Source: Caecitellus pseudoparvulus | Lineage: Eukaryota; Protista; Bigyra: Bicosoecida | NCBI GenBank assembly: GCA_965644315.1 | Contig: CBFFRQ010000036.1 | Coordinates: 1 to 64,000 of the forward strand | Reading direction: 5' to 3' | Length of the DNA: 64,000 nucleotides | Part shown: piece after piece, positions 34,701 to 46,300 of the stretch | Numbering within the stretch: the stretch's first letter is position 1 | Layout: every line of letters starts with the position of its first letter | Notes under the pieces: model-generated | What the model was told of the DNA's origin: nothing | Seen by the model: the letters and a program-made list of their open reading frames with translations, nothing else | Database searches by the model: none | Program-made: the position numbers and the translations under genes

Positions 34701-37700
34701 ACGTGCGACTTGCGTGGCTGCTGGCGCACACGATGCTGGTGGGGCTGGGCTGCCTCGGCATCATGTCCAACTCAGAGGCACTGCAGCTGTTCCGCCGCTC
34801 CATGACGCGACTGCTGGCGAAGGTCCGGGGCGGTGATGCGTTACGCGCACGTATGGGCCACCTGCGTGATGCGCTGGCGTTGCTAGCGCCTCGAATTACG
34901 ACCTTCTCACTCACCAGCCTGCGTCAGGCTATCTGCGGAGCGGAACACAGCAGCGATGAGTCAGAGTCGGAGGGAGATGTCCCAAACTCCGCGCGCACCT
35001 ACGCGTTTGCGCTGACGGACTGCGTGGCGCAGAACAACGGCGTGTTCCGGGCCTCTGCCGACTGCATCCTTGGCGAGGCTGACTGTGCACCTCGCCAGGC
35101 GGCGCTGCGGGGGCTAGCGGCGCTGCTGCAAGGCGACGCGTTTGCCGGGCAGCTGACCCCCCCACAGCCCCTGCCCTGGTGGCAGCACCTGCCCAATGCC
35201 CGAGCGGAAGCTGCCCACCTCGCCCGGGCAGCCTGCCTGGGGGCGCTGCGCCTGCCGCCTGGTGCATGGATGCGGGCGGCGGTGCCCCACGGAGAGGATC
35301 TTGGAGGGGAGGAAGTGGGCCCGTGGGGTGCAGAAGACACCTCCCTGCACGTGCAATCGCTGCAGCACCCCGTATCTGTGGCGGAGCAGTGGTTGGCCGG
35401 GCCAGATGGGCGATTCGCGCTGTCTGGACTGCTGCGCCATCCGGTAGCATACCCTGCACGCCGGTTTCACACCCTGTTCAACAGTGCCCGCCCAGTGCAG
35501 GCATCCACCTGGACTGGGCTGCTAGCGAAAGACCCCGCCTCAGAGCCCGTGGACGAGGTTGAGGGGGGGCGGGCGAAACGACGCAGGTCTGGGGCAGCGG
35601 CAGAGGTCACGGCAGGTGCGGGCGACACGCTACGAGAAGCGTTTCCCAGCGTGGGCGTTGCCCGTGCAGCTGCCACCCTGCACATGCTCCTGGTGACCCA
35701 TGCCTTGAGGGAGACAGGGGGGCATGTTCCCGCGCTGCACCCCACTCCTGATGCGCCGGATGCGGAGTTCTTGCCAAGCCTGCCAGTGGAAGTGCCGAGC
35801 ACCATCCCGCCACAACCGCCAGCCCAAGTGCTGCCTGTGCCACGGGTGGAAGTGAACGTCACAGCTGCAGTGGGGTCCTTGACTCCGCTGGAGTTCATGC
35901 ACTGCTTCAAGCCGACTCAGAAAACGTGCAACCATCTGGCAACGGGCGCACACGGTCGGGCGGAGTGCCAGCGGTTTGTGAGTCAGCCAACCACGCCAAT
36001 GTGCGAATCGCACCCGCGCCTGGCAAACGTGCTGCTGCGCACAACCCGAGAACCCGACGTCCTCAGTCGGGCCATGGACCTTCTCGAAGACCTAGGCATT
36101 GTCGCGCCATGCAGCTCCCAGCATGCCTTGGGCGAGCCGGTCGTGCTGAACACGCTGCTGCCTTGGCGCGTGTGGGGAGGACAGGAGTCAGCGCCCGCCA
36201 CAGCCCCACGGGCCACTGTGCCAGTGCACTCCCTGCTCCATACCGTTGCATTCTGGCGCGACTGCGCCACTCTCGGCGTCATGCTGCGCAGCTGCTCCAC
36301 GTCCTCTGCCACAGAGAGCGGGCCGGCCGCCTTGCTCGGCGACGGCGACCTGCCCCACGACATGTCGGCACTAGAAGCCCTGCTCGGCGCCGAGGTGCCT
36401 GCCTCTCAAGTGTCCGGTGACACACTCCAGGTGGCGCCCCACCCTGCCCTACAAGACACACCCTGGCTGCGCCTGGTGCAAGGACGGCACCCTGTCAGTG
36501 CGTTTTTCAGCGAGACGGAGGTTTCCCGACTGCAGAGCCTGCCACCTCCCCGCGCGAGCATGAAGGCCAGCCTCCTCACGCTGGATGCTGCAGAGGGTGA
36601 GCTGCGCCTGATTCCCGGCGGCTTGGGGTGGCCTGCCTCGCCACAAGGTGCGGCGAGCGGTGAAGGTTGGGCTGCTAACGCGCAGTCTTTCCTCGCACCT
36701 CCGACGGAGCCCAGCGCTGGAACGGAGGCCCCCTTACGCCCAGGCCTGTCCCTGACGCGCCAAGAGTACGAGCGTGTGCTGCGTGCACACTCGCCCTGTC
36801 CCGTCGGCCTGCAGCAACGCTTCGGACTGACTTGGGCGGCGTTTCGTGACTCGGTGCTGACGCCGGCCATGTCACCTGGTTCACCAGCCCGCATCTTTGG
36901 CGTGCTGCGCGCATGGGGTGGGGCCACCGAAGCACTTGACACAGGCGCCGTGAAGGATGGCACTGCGTTGAGCCTATGGAAGGCACCGCCCTTCTTCACA
37001 GCCTACTGCAGTCGGGCTGCTGTGCATGGTGTGGACAGCAGCCCGACGCACCCGTTGCATACCACTTTCCTCGTGACCGAGCCGCTGGTGCCGGTGTGGA
37101 TGCGATTCCGCAAGACCCTGCCTGCGTTGGATGCCCCCCTTGCCCAGGCTGTGCAGGGGTCGTGGAAGATCAGTCGCGCGGAGCGACACGGCAGCGACTC
37201 GGAGAGCAGTGGCAGCGAAGCTGGCCGGCCCAAGCGACGACGGTCCAGCGTGGCAACACAAGCCAAGGCAGCTGCCACGTGGGTAGGGGACAGTGTCACG
37301 TCCATAGTCGTCACGCACAGTGCTGCGCGACCTGCGTGGGCTCGCCTGGCAGGGCTGGCTGTGCGCGGGCAAAATCGGAGCATCAGTACAGCTTGTGCCG
37401 AGCGCGGGCTGGTCACGGTGCTAGCAGAGCAGCACTCACAGCCAGCGCAGCAAGTGGGAACGCTGACGCTATCTGACCGCCGCGCTGTCATGGCGCACAA
37501 GCCCTTGAAGGGGGTATTACCGTGGGCTGACGGCGGCGGAGCGGGCATGTTGACAGCAGCGAAAGTAGCGCCAGATACGTGCCCTGCAGACGCCAGCCAG
37601 CAAGCCGTCCATCTGCGCACCTTGCAAGTCATCATGCAGGGCAGCCCGCGCACACTGCAGGGGGCGGCAGCTTTCTGGGGCGGGCTGCATTGTGCCGAGA

Positions 37701-40201
37701 TTGTGGCGAGGCTGCGTGAACTGCAGGAAAGCAACACCGCATCTTCCCTCGTGGGCCCGACTCCCGCCCTGTGGGCTCACGCAGAACACACGGGAACCGA
37801 CATGCAAAGCCAGGCACAGGGCGCCATTGGCCGCCTGGACAAACTGCTCACGCTTGCAGGGTTGGAAGGGGGCATTTCGGCGCTGACCAGCCGAAGCCCA
37901 TGGGAGGATGTCGAGGCGCCGCCTGCCTCCCCCCGCCAACCAGGCAACGCGGAAAACTTGCAGGGCGTTGTGGGGCATGTGTCCCGCCAGACCCTCAAGC
38001 GAGCCTTGATGCGTGGGAGGGAGGGCTTGTTCGGCCGGGCGCTGGACCATGCTCTGGAGCGGCTGGGAGTGGCGGCCTGCTCAGGCAGTGCGACCTGCTC
38101 AGGGATGCTGGAGTGCACCGACGCCGGCTCGGCCGTGCAGCCCCTCGCGGTGCCTGTGCTGTCCAGTGGTGCAGATGGAGCTGAGGGCGGCCTGGCCCAG
38201 GATGCCCTGCCTCTGGCTGTGGCTGTGCTGGCAGCAGGGGGGCCGCTGTCGTTTTGCGCCGACTGCTTCGCTGCGGGCCGCGACGCCACAGCGCATTGCT
38301 CCTGCCCCGGCAGACGGCACCTGGTGCTGGCAGCTACACGCCACTTTGCGGACAGGGACGGGCCGTTTCCAGACGACGCCCACGCACAGAGCCTGGCTCT
38401 GCTAGCTAGTCAACTCCCGCCCGAGCCCAACCCTGCCTGGGCCGGGGAAGAACTGTACACAGCCTGGTCCACAGAGGTGAGGCGGCAGCTGAGCCTGGCT
38501 TCCCTCACCTGCCTGGAACGGCCCCCCCTGCGCAGTGAGGCCAGTGAGGAGGCGTTTGCAGCCACCCTGCGCCGTGTGTGGCCTCATGCGCTGCCCCCCA
38601 CCTGGGCAGGCGTGGGTGACGTGTCAGCACAGCAAGCGGCGTTTTCACGCCTCCTGGGCGCTGTGCAGGAGGAAGTGTGCACAGAGCACGCCTTGACGCC
38701 ACCTGTGGAACACATCCCTGTGCCACAGCCCCTAGATCTCATGGTCAGCCGGGACGCCATGCGCGAGGCAGCGGTGGCTGTTGTGGAGCTCGGCAAGCGC
38801 GACCTGGTGTGCCCTGCTGACAGCGGCAGCATGCTGGCCCTCAGCGCAGGCTTCGAAGGCGGCCCAACGAAAGGCATGCGGCCTGTCTTGGACTCCATGG
38901 CTCGTCGGTGTGTGGGGCAGTTGGAGGTGGAGGACGAAGGCGAGGGGGGCCGCGTGCATCCGCGTGTAGCTCAGGGCGTGGCCACAGGATGGAACAGCAC
39001 CCCGCTTGTCGTCGGCCAAACACCACATGCGGAGGACTACAGCGACGCTTGCATGCCCAGCACCGCTCAACCTGTGGCCCAGCAACGCACGAAGCAGCCA
39101 CGCACATCCGCTCAGCGCGCTGACACTGCGCTTCGCGTGCGCGCAGCACATCCCCTCGCACGCACCATTTTCGGCGCGCTGCGGGAGGGTTCGCAGCACA
39201 CACCCCTGGAACAGCTGGTGTGCCTGTGTGGAGACCGACTTGGGGCCTTGATCAGCGAGCTTGGTGGCGTGGACCTGCTGCGTGCAGCGCAGGAGACCCT
39301 CAAGTCAATTGCTGCGTGGTGCGAAGGAGGGGCGGACGCCTTGCCGCCTGACGTCACTACGTGGCGCCCGCCCACGAGCGAGCAGTCGCCAAGTGCCGCA
39401 GGCGGAAAACGCCGACGTAGCGAAGCGTCGGGGCCAGTCAGCAGCCACCTAGTGGCAGCAGACACCGCGTTGCAGAGTTTCACCTTGGCCGTGCTGTCCA
39501 GCTTGAGTCTGCCCACAGAAACGCACGTCCACGAGGCGTTGGCGGCCGCTGAGAGCGGCAGCATGCTGCAAGCCCTGCAGCACGTTCGCTCGCCGCCTGA
39601 GGTGGTGTTCACCTCCTCTCCTTGCCGTCTGGCTGCCGTGTGTGGGTGTGGTGGGCTGCTGTGGGTGGCTGCAAACGACGCGTGGAAGTGGACCGCGTGC
39701 CCGGCCCTTCCGCCGCCCCACGCTGATGCAGACGCAACCAGCCCTGTTCCTGATATTGCTCTGCCGGCCACATTCCTTGGCAGTCTCCGCTGCCACGAGG
39801 CGCGCTGCAGTCTGCCCGGCCCCCGCCCCATGTGGCCGTATGTTACGCTGGATGGCCTGGTGAACCAGCCCGTGCGGCGGGCATGGGAGCGGGCTGTGCT
39901 GGGGCATGCACAGCAGTGTGGCAGTGTGGGTGGCATTCTCCGGGCCTTGGCTGGCGCACTGCCCGCCCCTGCCGTGCTGTGGATTCTGCAGCGCCTGGAA
40001 ATCGCTGGCGTGCTGACTCTGTTGCAGCCGCCAGACACAGCACCGCTGCTGCAAGCAACCTGCCCACAGCCTCAAGACCTGGAGCAGACCACTGTCCTGC
40101 TGCGTGAGCAGGCCGTGTTGTTGTACATCAAGGCGGAGTGGGGCTGTGACATTGCTGCGCAAGTGCTGCGCCGCTGCAGCGGCAAGTGGCTGCGTTGCTG
40201 A
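31720..40201 (+). CDS. Very large protein, possibly a divergent TFIIIC B-block-binding subunit (GTF3C1/Tfc3-like); 5' exon structure approximate
   Basis: 2361-aa ORF 33116..40201 preceded by a CAG acceptor and short upstream exons from ATG 31720. The C-terminus PYVTLDGLVNQPVRRAWERAVLGHAQQCGSV...LWILQRLEIAGVL resembles the GTF3C1 C-terminal winged helix. Confidence 0.55.
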
Positions 40202-40393
40202 CCCCGCAAGGGTGCAGCGTGCGAGGCCGCCAGAGCCCGCAGCTGATGCCCCTCCTCAAAATGCACCAGAAAGGGAGTACCGCTAACTCAGCTTGCCACC
40301 GGCTCAAGCGTGGAGTGGTTGCCAGAGACCAGGTGTGATCGCCGCTGGCACTTGTCTGGCAACAGCGAGGTTTGCGTGCTGGTGGTCGTCACC

Positions 40394-41987
40394 ATGGCCA
40401 GTGGCGGGAGCTCCAAGAGCGGCTCGTCCGGCAAGAAGAAGCCACGGGGGGTGTCACGAGAAGTGTTCAACTTGGTGGGAGAGGATGTGCTGGCACCCAT
40501 CGTGAGGCGCAAGCGGCGGGCCAGTCGCAGTCTGCCAGCGCCCAACGCCAGCCGCCTTCGTTGCCACAGATGCCCCGCAGGGGCGCCATCACTCGCCAGT
40601 CCATCAATGCTGCAAAGAACAAACGTGTGACGAAGTGGTGCGTCGTGGGACTCGCACGTTCTGTGCACAGCGCTGCAGGCCACTGCGCCACGCGTCAAAC
40701 AAGGTGGCACTGGCGTGGTCCTCCAATTCCGCAGGGCACTGAAGCCATTCACCTCCTCTGCACGGCGCGACCAGCTGACGCTGAAGCACTGGGAGCGTGC
40801 GCACGCCGAATTTGTTGACTACCCCTTTGCCAAGTTCAACCGCAGGGTGCGTGCGAGCCCCACGGGCTTCTGCCGCCAGCTCCACCGGAGCACATCGTCC
40901 CTCGGCTCCGCAGGTGGACATCGTGCGGTACACTGACGAGGAGTACGCGCAGCTGTGCATGCCGGCGGCAGGCGTGAAGGTATCTGAGGACCAGGACGCC
41001 CGCTGGCCCAAGGAGCACACGGACAAGCTGTTCGAGCTGGCGCGGCTCTTCGACCTGCGCTGGCCGCTGGTGTTTGACCGGTGGCCCCTGCGGCCCCAGC
41101 ACACCATCGAAGACATGAAGCTGCGCTTCTACACCGTCACCGTGCGAGTCATCGATGCCCGACGCCGGGGCCAGGGCTCCTACTCCGCCAGCACTGTCGC
41201 GCAGCTCAAGCAGTACGAGCACTTCGACTACGACATCCTGTCCGACCAGACACGGCGCAAGCAGCTGGAGGCGGCTTTCCGCCGGTCAGCTGGGCAGGTG
41301 GCGGAGGAGGCCAGCCTGCGTGCCGAAATACGCGCCATTGACGCCGCCCTGGCGGGGGCCCGGACCAAGGCCAACAAAGCCGCGGCGGCAGCAGCGGGGG
41401 ACCGCACGGCCCTCGCGGCGGCAGTGTCTCTGGGCCTCAAGAAGGCGCCCGAGGGGCCTGGTATGGACCCGTCCTTCGCTGCCTCGTACTCCGCCGCAGG
41501 GGCGGGGGCTGGCGGGGCAGGCAGCTCGGCCAAGGCGGCGAGCTCCTCGGGCGGCAGTGGGAACGCCTTCGACGTGCAGGCACACACGGGCGTGGCGCTG
41601 CGGTCAGAACAACTGGCGTCTGTTCTGCCTGGCTACGGCCGCAGCAGCCGCACCATGAAGAAGGTCTCTGCACTCATGCACGAGCTGGGCGTGCCGCCTG
41701 CAGGCAAGATGGTGCCCTGTGCCGCCGTGTACGCCGCACACACGAAGCTGAGGCAGGACACGGTGAATCTGTTCCAGCTGCAGCGGGCAGTGGCAGCTGC
41801 GGAGCGGCGAGCGCACGGGCTGACCACGCAGCGCCTGGCGCTGGCCAGCCAGGTGCGGCTGGCCAAGCCGCGCGCTGCCTCTGCACAGCCGAGACACCAC
41901 GCCACACAAGCTTCCATGTCCGGAAGGGGTGCCAAGCGCCCTGCTGCTATGCAAAGCGGCGTGGAGGCGAAGCGCCCACGCCACTGA
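40394..41987 (+). CDS. DMAP1: DNA methyltransferase 1-associated protein / SWC4 (NuA4/SWR1 subunit), multi-exon
   Basis: KKPRGVSREVFNL, KPFTSSARRDQLTLKHW, YPFAKFN, YTDEEY, WPKEHTDKLFELARLFDLRWPLVFDRW, IEDMKLRFY (SANT domain). Confidence 0.92.
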
Positions 41988-42167
41988 GGGGGCAGGAGAA
42001 TGCACGCGTTTTTGTCGCATCCTTGCATCATTCGCGCAACTCCAAAATTACATCCGGCACTTGCTGCTTCCCTCCCACTCCCCAACACTTTCAAGAGCAG
42101 ACTCCAGCCCATCCATACACTCTCTAGTGTGTTGTTGTGGATCGTTTTTCCATCAACAGTACCAGTC

Positions 42168-43000
42168 ATGACCCGTGGGTAAGTTTCCAGGCGATTTGTG
42201 TGCCGCTGATGCAGGCAGGGAGTGGGACGCCGCCAAGGGGGCGCCGCAGCCTCACCCGAGCCCCCTGCACGTTGGCAAACGGCTGCATATTTGCAACTTT
42301 GCGCCTTATGCTGTAGGCGGGGGTGTGTGATGCGTGGCTGCGCCACCCAGGGCTCCAGGCAGCTGCCTCCATGCCGTGGTGCTGCGTCCAAGTTCCGCAC
42401 TCCCAGCGTGGCTCGTGGCGCACTGCCTTGCGGCCGCCTGCAGTGCACGTGACCTTGGGGCGTGTGTGGCACGTCCATGTCTTGCCTGCTGACCCGCCCC
42501 TTGCGTCGCTGTATGCCCCCCTGGGCCCTACGCTGTCACTGGCTCACTGGCTCCCGCCCTCCTCGTTTCGCAGTGCCCCCGCCGGTATGCGCTGCGCGCG
42601 CAAGCTGCGCAACCACCGACGCACTCAGCGTTGGGCCCAGAAGAGCTACAACAAGAGCCACAGTGTGACCGCCATGAAGGCCAACCCCTTCGGTGGCTCC
42701 ACCATGGCCAAGGGCATCGTCCTGGAGAAGATCGGCATTGAGGCCAAGCAGCCTAACTCTGCCATCCGTAAGTCCTGCCGAGTGCAGCTGATCAAGAACG
42801 GCAAGAAGATCGCCGCCTTCGTGCCCCGTGATGGCTCCCTGAACTTCGTGGACGAGAACGACGAGGTCCTCATCGCTGGTTTCGGCCGTTCCGGCCACGC
42901 CGTTGGTGATATCCCAGGTGTGCGTTTCAAGGTCGTCAAGGTCGCTGGCGTGTCTCTGCTGGCCCTGTGGAAGCACAAGAAGGAGAAGCCTCGTGCTTAA
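42168..43000 (+). CDS. RPS23: 40S ribosomal protein S23 (uS12), one 395-nt intron (42179..42573)
   Basis: Spliced start [24 protein letters not shown], then [40 protein letters not shown]. Confidence 0.98.
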
Positions 43001-43149
43001 GTGCTCCCAGCTCCCTGCCCTGCGCTTGAAGCCCGCGCGAGAGCCCCCGGATGGTGGGCTGGGCCGCGCCACTGTGCAGACGTGCCGCATGGGGCAACCC
43101 CCCGCTTGGCATGTCTGCGCAGGGGCGTGTGTTCTACGAGCATGTTGCC

Positions 43150-43164
43150 AATGCATGCATTTCC
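43150..43164 (+). promoter_or_regulatory. Candidate polyadenylation element downstream of RPS23
   Basis: AATGCATGCATTTCC, 150 nt after the stop and identical to 12701-12715. No AATAAA nearby. Confidence 0.5.
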
Positions 43165-43353
43165 ACAACCACGCTTGAGTGCCTGCCTGGCTTGCGACCA
43201 CTGAGACCCACGCTAGCAGCCGGGACCTGCTCAAAACGCAGTACCTGAGGGAAGTCAGGGGGTTGGGCGCACAGCACGAACAAGAGCGGTGCTTCGCCCC
43301 AGGTGACCCGTCGCCTCAGTTTTGTCAGAGCACGCCGTGCACAGCAGGCCAGC

Positions 43354-46300
43354 ATGTCTGCAGCCATGCCACTGCGTGTGCCAGGCGGCGAGAGCACTGG
43401 CACGCTGGCAACTGTGGGCTCCACACTGAGTTTGGGGAAGGAAGACACGCTGCCAGATAGCATCACACTCAAGGAGTGGTTTAGGAAGTGGGACTCCACG
43501 CCAGGTGAGCTGCGCTGCCTTCCGTTGGTGCCATGTCGCTGCGACGCACCGCTTGATGCTTTGACCCCGCAGGGGTGCAAGAGCGCTCACGCTGCCGCTT
43601 ACTGCTTGCCCTACTGGCTCGATATGACATCATCCTGGCTGCCCAGTCCTCTCAACTGAGTCGCCTGGTTCCTCGCCTCACCAGCTACCTCTTGCTGCAG
43701 TTGGCAGGCGGGCGAAAAAACGCCTTGGCTCGGGCAGTGAGGCAGGAGAAAGACCCCTCCAGCGGGGAGGGCAGGTACAACTACCGCATGCCCGTCCCTC
43801 TCATCTTCGCGTTGACCCGGGCACTGCAGCAGGTGTGCGAGCACCCGACGCTGGGCACGACCTGCGCTGCGTCACTGCTGGACACTGCTGCGGTGCAGCA
43901 GGCCATCGCCGTGCTGCGCTTGACGCCAGAGGAAGCCAGTCTGGGCGCCGCGAACCTCACTGGCGCAGACCTTCCCCACCATGGCATGCAGTTGGCTCTA
44001 GATGCGTCTCTGCTGGGCCTCCTGGGCAGTGCTGTCGCCCAAGCCAGCCCAGCTGCACGCACGCTGCTGGTGCAGGAGGGACTGGTGCCGGCCATCGTGC
44101 ATGCCATGCTGCGCTGGCGCCACTTGGACACCTTTCATGCCACTGCCCTGCGTGTGTCAGCAGCGGGCCTGCTTGATCCGGCAGCTGACGAGGGCGCAAC
44201 GGCAGCTCTTGCCAGCCTTCCCAGCCGCCTGGCCTCGGACGGCATCGGCACTCTGGCGCAGAAAGTTCTCTTGGAAGCGAGTCACTCCGGCGAGTCAGTC
44301 GACGCTGATGCTGTGATTGGAGCTATGTTGCACTTGCTGCGTATGGGTGCCCCACGCGTGGGAGCTGCGCCAGTGGCCACCGCCTGCCGAGTCGTGTCGG
44401 CGCTGTTCAGCCAAATCGCACCCTCGTCGGGGGTGCGTGTTAGCCTGGATGCCTCCGCGCGCAGCCTCACACCATCTCAAACCAGCACACAGCACTCAGG
44501 GCAGGGCGTCGTGGCCCTCGTTGCCACCCATGCCCTCATGGGCAGGCGCTGCCTCCTGCCGTGCTTGTTGAACTTGGAGCGAACGGGATCGCTGGTCACC
44601 ATGCTCGCGTGCGCCGAGTGTGTGCACACCCTCATCCAAGCCAGCACCCCTGCACGGCACTCCAGTGCTCTGTCTAGTTCTCCTGCGCCGCTTTTGCGCC
44701 GGGTGCTGCGAGTGGTGGCAGGGGCGCTGTACCACACTGTAGCCATGCGTCGCGGTGTGATCGTGAAACGCCCTGCGTCACCTCGGCGTGCTCGGGGTCG
44801 GCGACACCGATCCTCCTCCCACCACGGCAGCGCTGCGGGGCGCACACTATCCAGCCTTTCCGGTGGTTTGCCCCCCGCCACGCCCTCTGTGTCGGGCACA
44901 GGGCTCGCGGCAAGTCTCGGCATGGCGCCGCCTCCAATTTCTACAGCACCACCGCCCCTGCACGGGACAGCCGTGGCCGACACCACAGCGCGCAATCTCA
45001 GTGGGGGCAGCACTCCACAGTCCATGCGAGGGGGTGCCGCTGGCCAGTTTTCCCCCATGCGTCAGCACTCCAGTGGCAGCTCCACGTGGGCGCCGGCAGA
45101 AACTGACAGCCTGGCAAGCGGCGGCACGCCTCGACGCCAGACGTCCAACCTGGCCCTGAAACGGCGCCAAGCCAGCAGACGCCACATCCGTGGCGCCATC
45201 GCCACGTCTGCCAGTGCTGAGACACTGGAACAGCCGGCAGCGGCTGCAACACAGCAGGCGCCTGAGCGGCAGGTGACGCCGCCAACACTGCCGGGGCGGG
45301 CTGAGACGAAAACAGACATGAGTGTCAGCAGTGACTCGGATGACCAGGGGGATTCTGGCTCCACTGGCAGTCCCCACCCCGGCGACGAGCGGTGTGCGTC
45401 GCCGGAAGGGGTGCGCGTCGTCGAGGCAGTTGCTGGACCCTTGCTCGACCGCGCCAGCACCCCCACGGAGCAAGCACCCCCGTCTCTCCCTGGACAAGGC
45501 GAGGACACATTGGACATAGGTACAGGGCGCAGCAAGGGTGCCCGTGTGCAGGCCCTGCACCTGCCACAGGCCAGTCATGCGCCCAGCAGCACCGGAACTC
45601 GTGATAGGAGTGGCGCTGGCTCATCGGACAGCAGCAGCACGCCCCGCCTCCCAGGGTCGCCCACGTGGTTCCTCATGACCCCTGCCCCGAACACCGCCCG
45701 CACGCCTGGCGGAGGGCGCAAGGTGTTCGACTTGGAAGGCGCTTCCTCTGCGAGCAGCTCCCCACACTCGCCCCGCAGCCCAGTGACGGAACGCGAGTCC
45801 GAGGTGGGCGCCGCACCCCACCATGGCTTTCCCACAGTGGCAGAACCCGTGAAGCCGAAGCAGCAGGGGCGTGCCGTCATGATTTCCCACACGTCGGCAC
45901 GGGGCTCCCTGGGCACGGCAAGTGCGAGCAAAGCAGCAGCACCGCCTTCGTCGGCTGCAGGGGGCAAAGATGTGACTCCGGCCCAGCTCCGCGGCACGTC
46001 GCTGCGACCAGGCATGGCGCACGAAGACGGGCCCATTTGCAGAGCCTCCACTGCTCGCCTGAATGCCGTTCTGCGCATGCTGGCACACTCCCCTCCCGGC
46101 GGGCAAGCCCCTGGCAAACTGCAGGCAAACCTGTCGTTCCTGGTGGCCAGGAACATGACGTGTGAGGCACGCCTTGCCCTGCTGGTGTTCTGCCTCGCCT
46201 CAGCAGACACGCTGTTCGGCGCCCACGCTGCACCCGTGCACCTGCTGCAGGGCGTACTGACACAGCCGTCGGTGCTGGCTGCTCTGCTCCTGGCGCTGTT

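Noticed and set aside
42179-42573. Intronic snoRNA as an annotated feature
   Set aside because: Only an imperfect GTGATGC and a CTGA that may be the branch point; no clear terminal stem or H/ACA tail.
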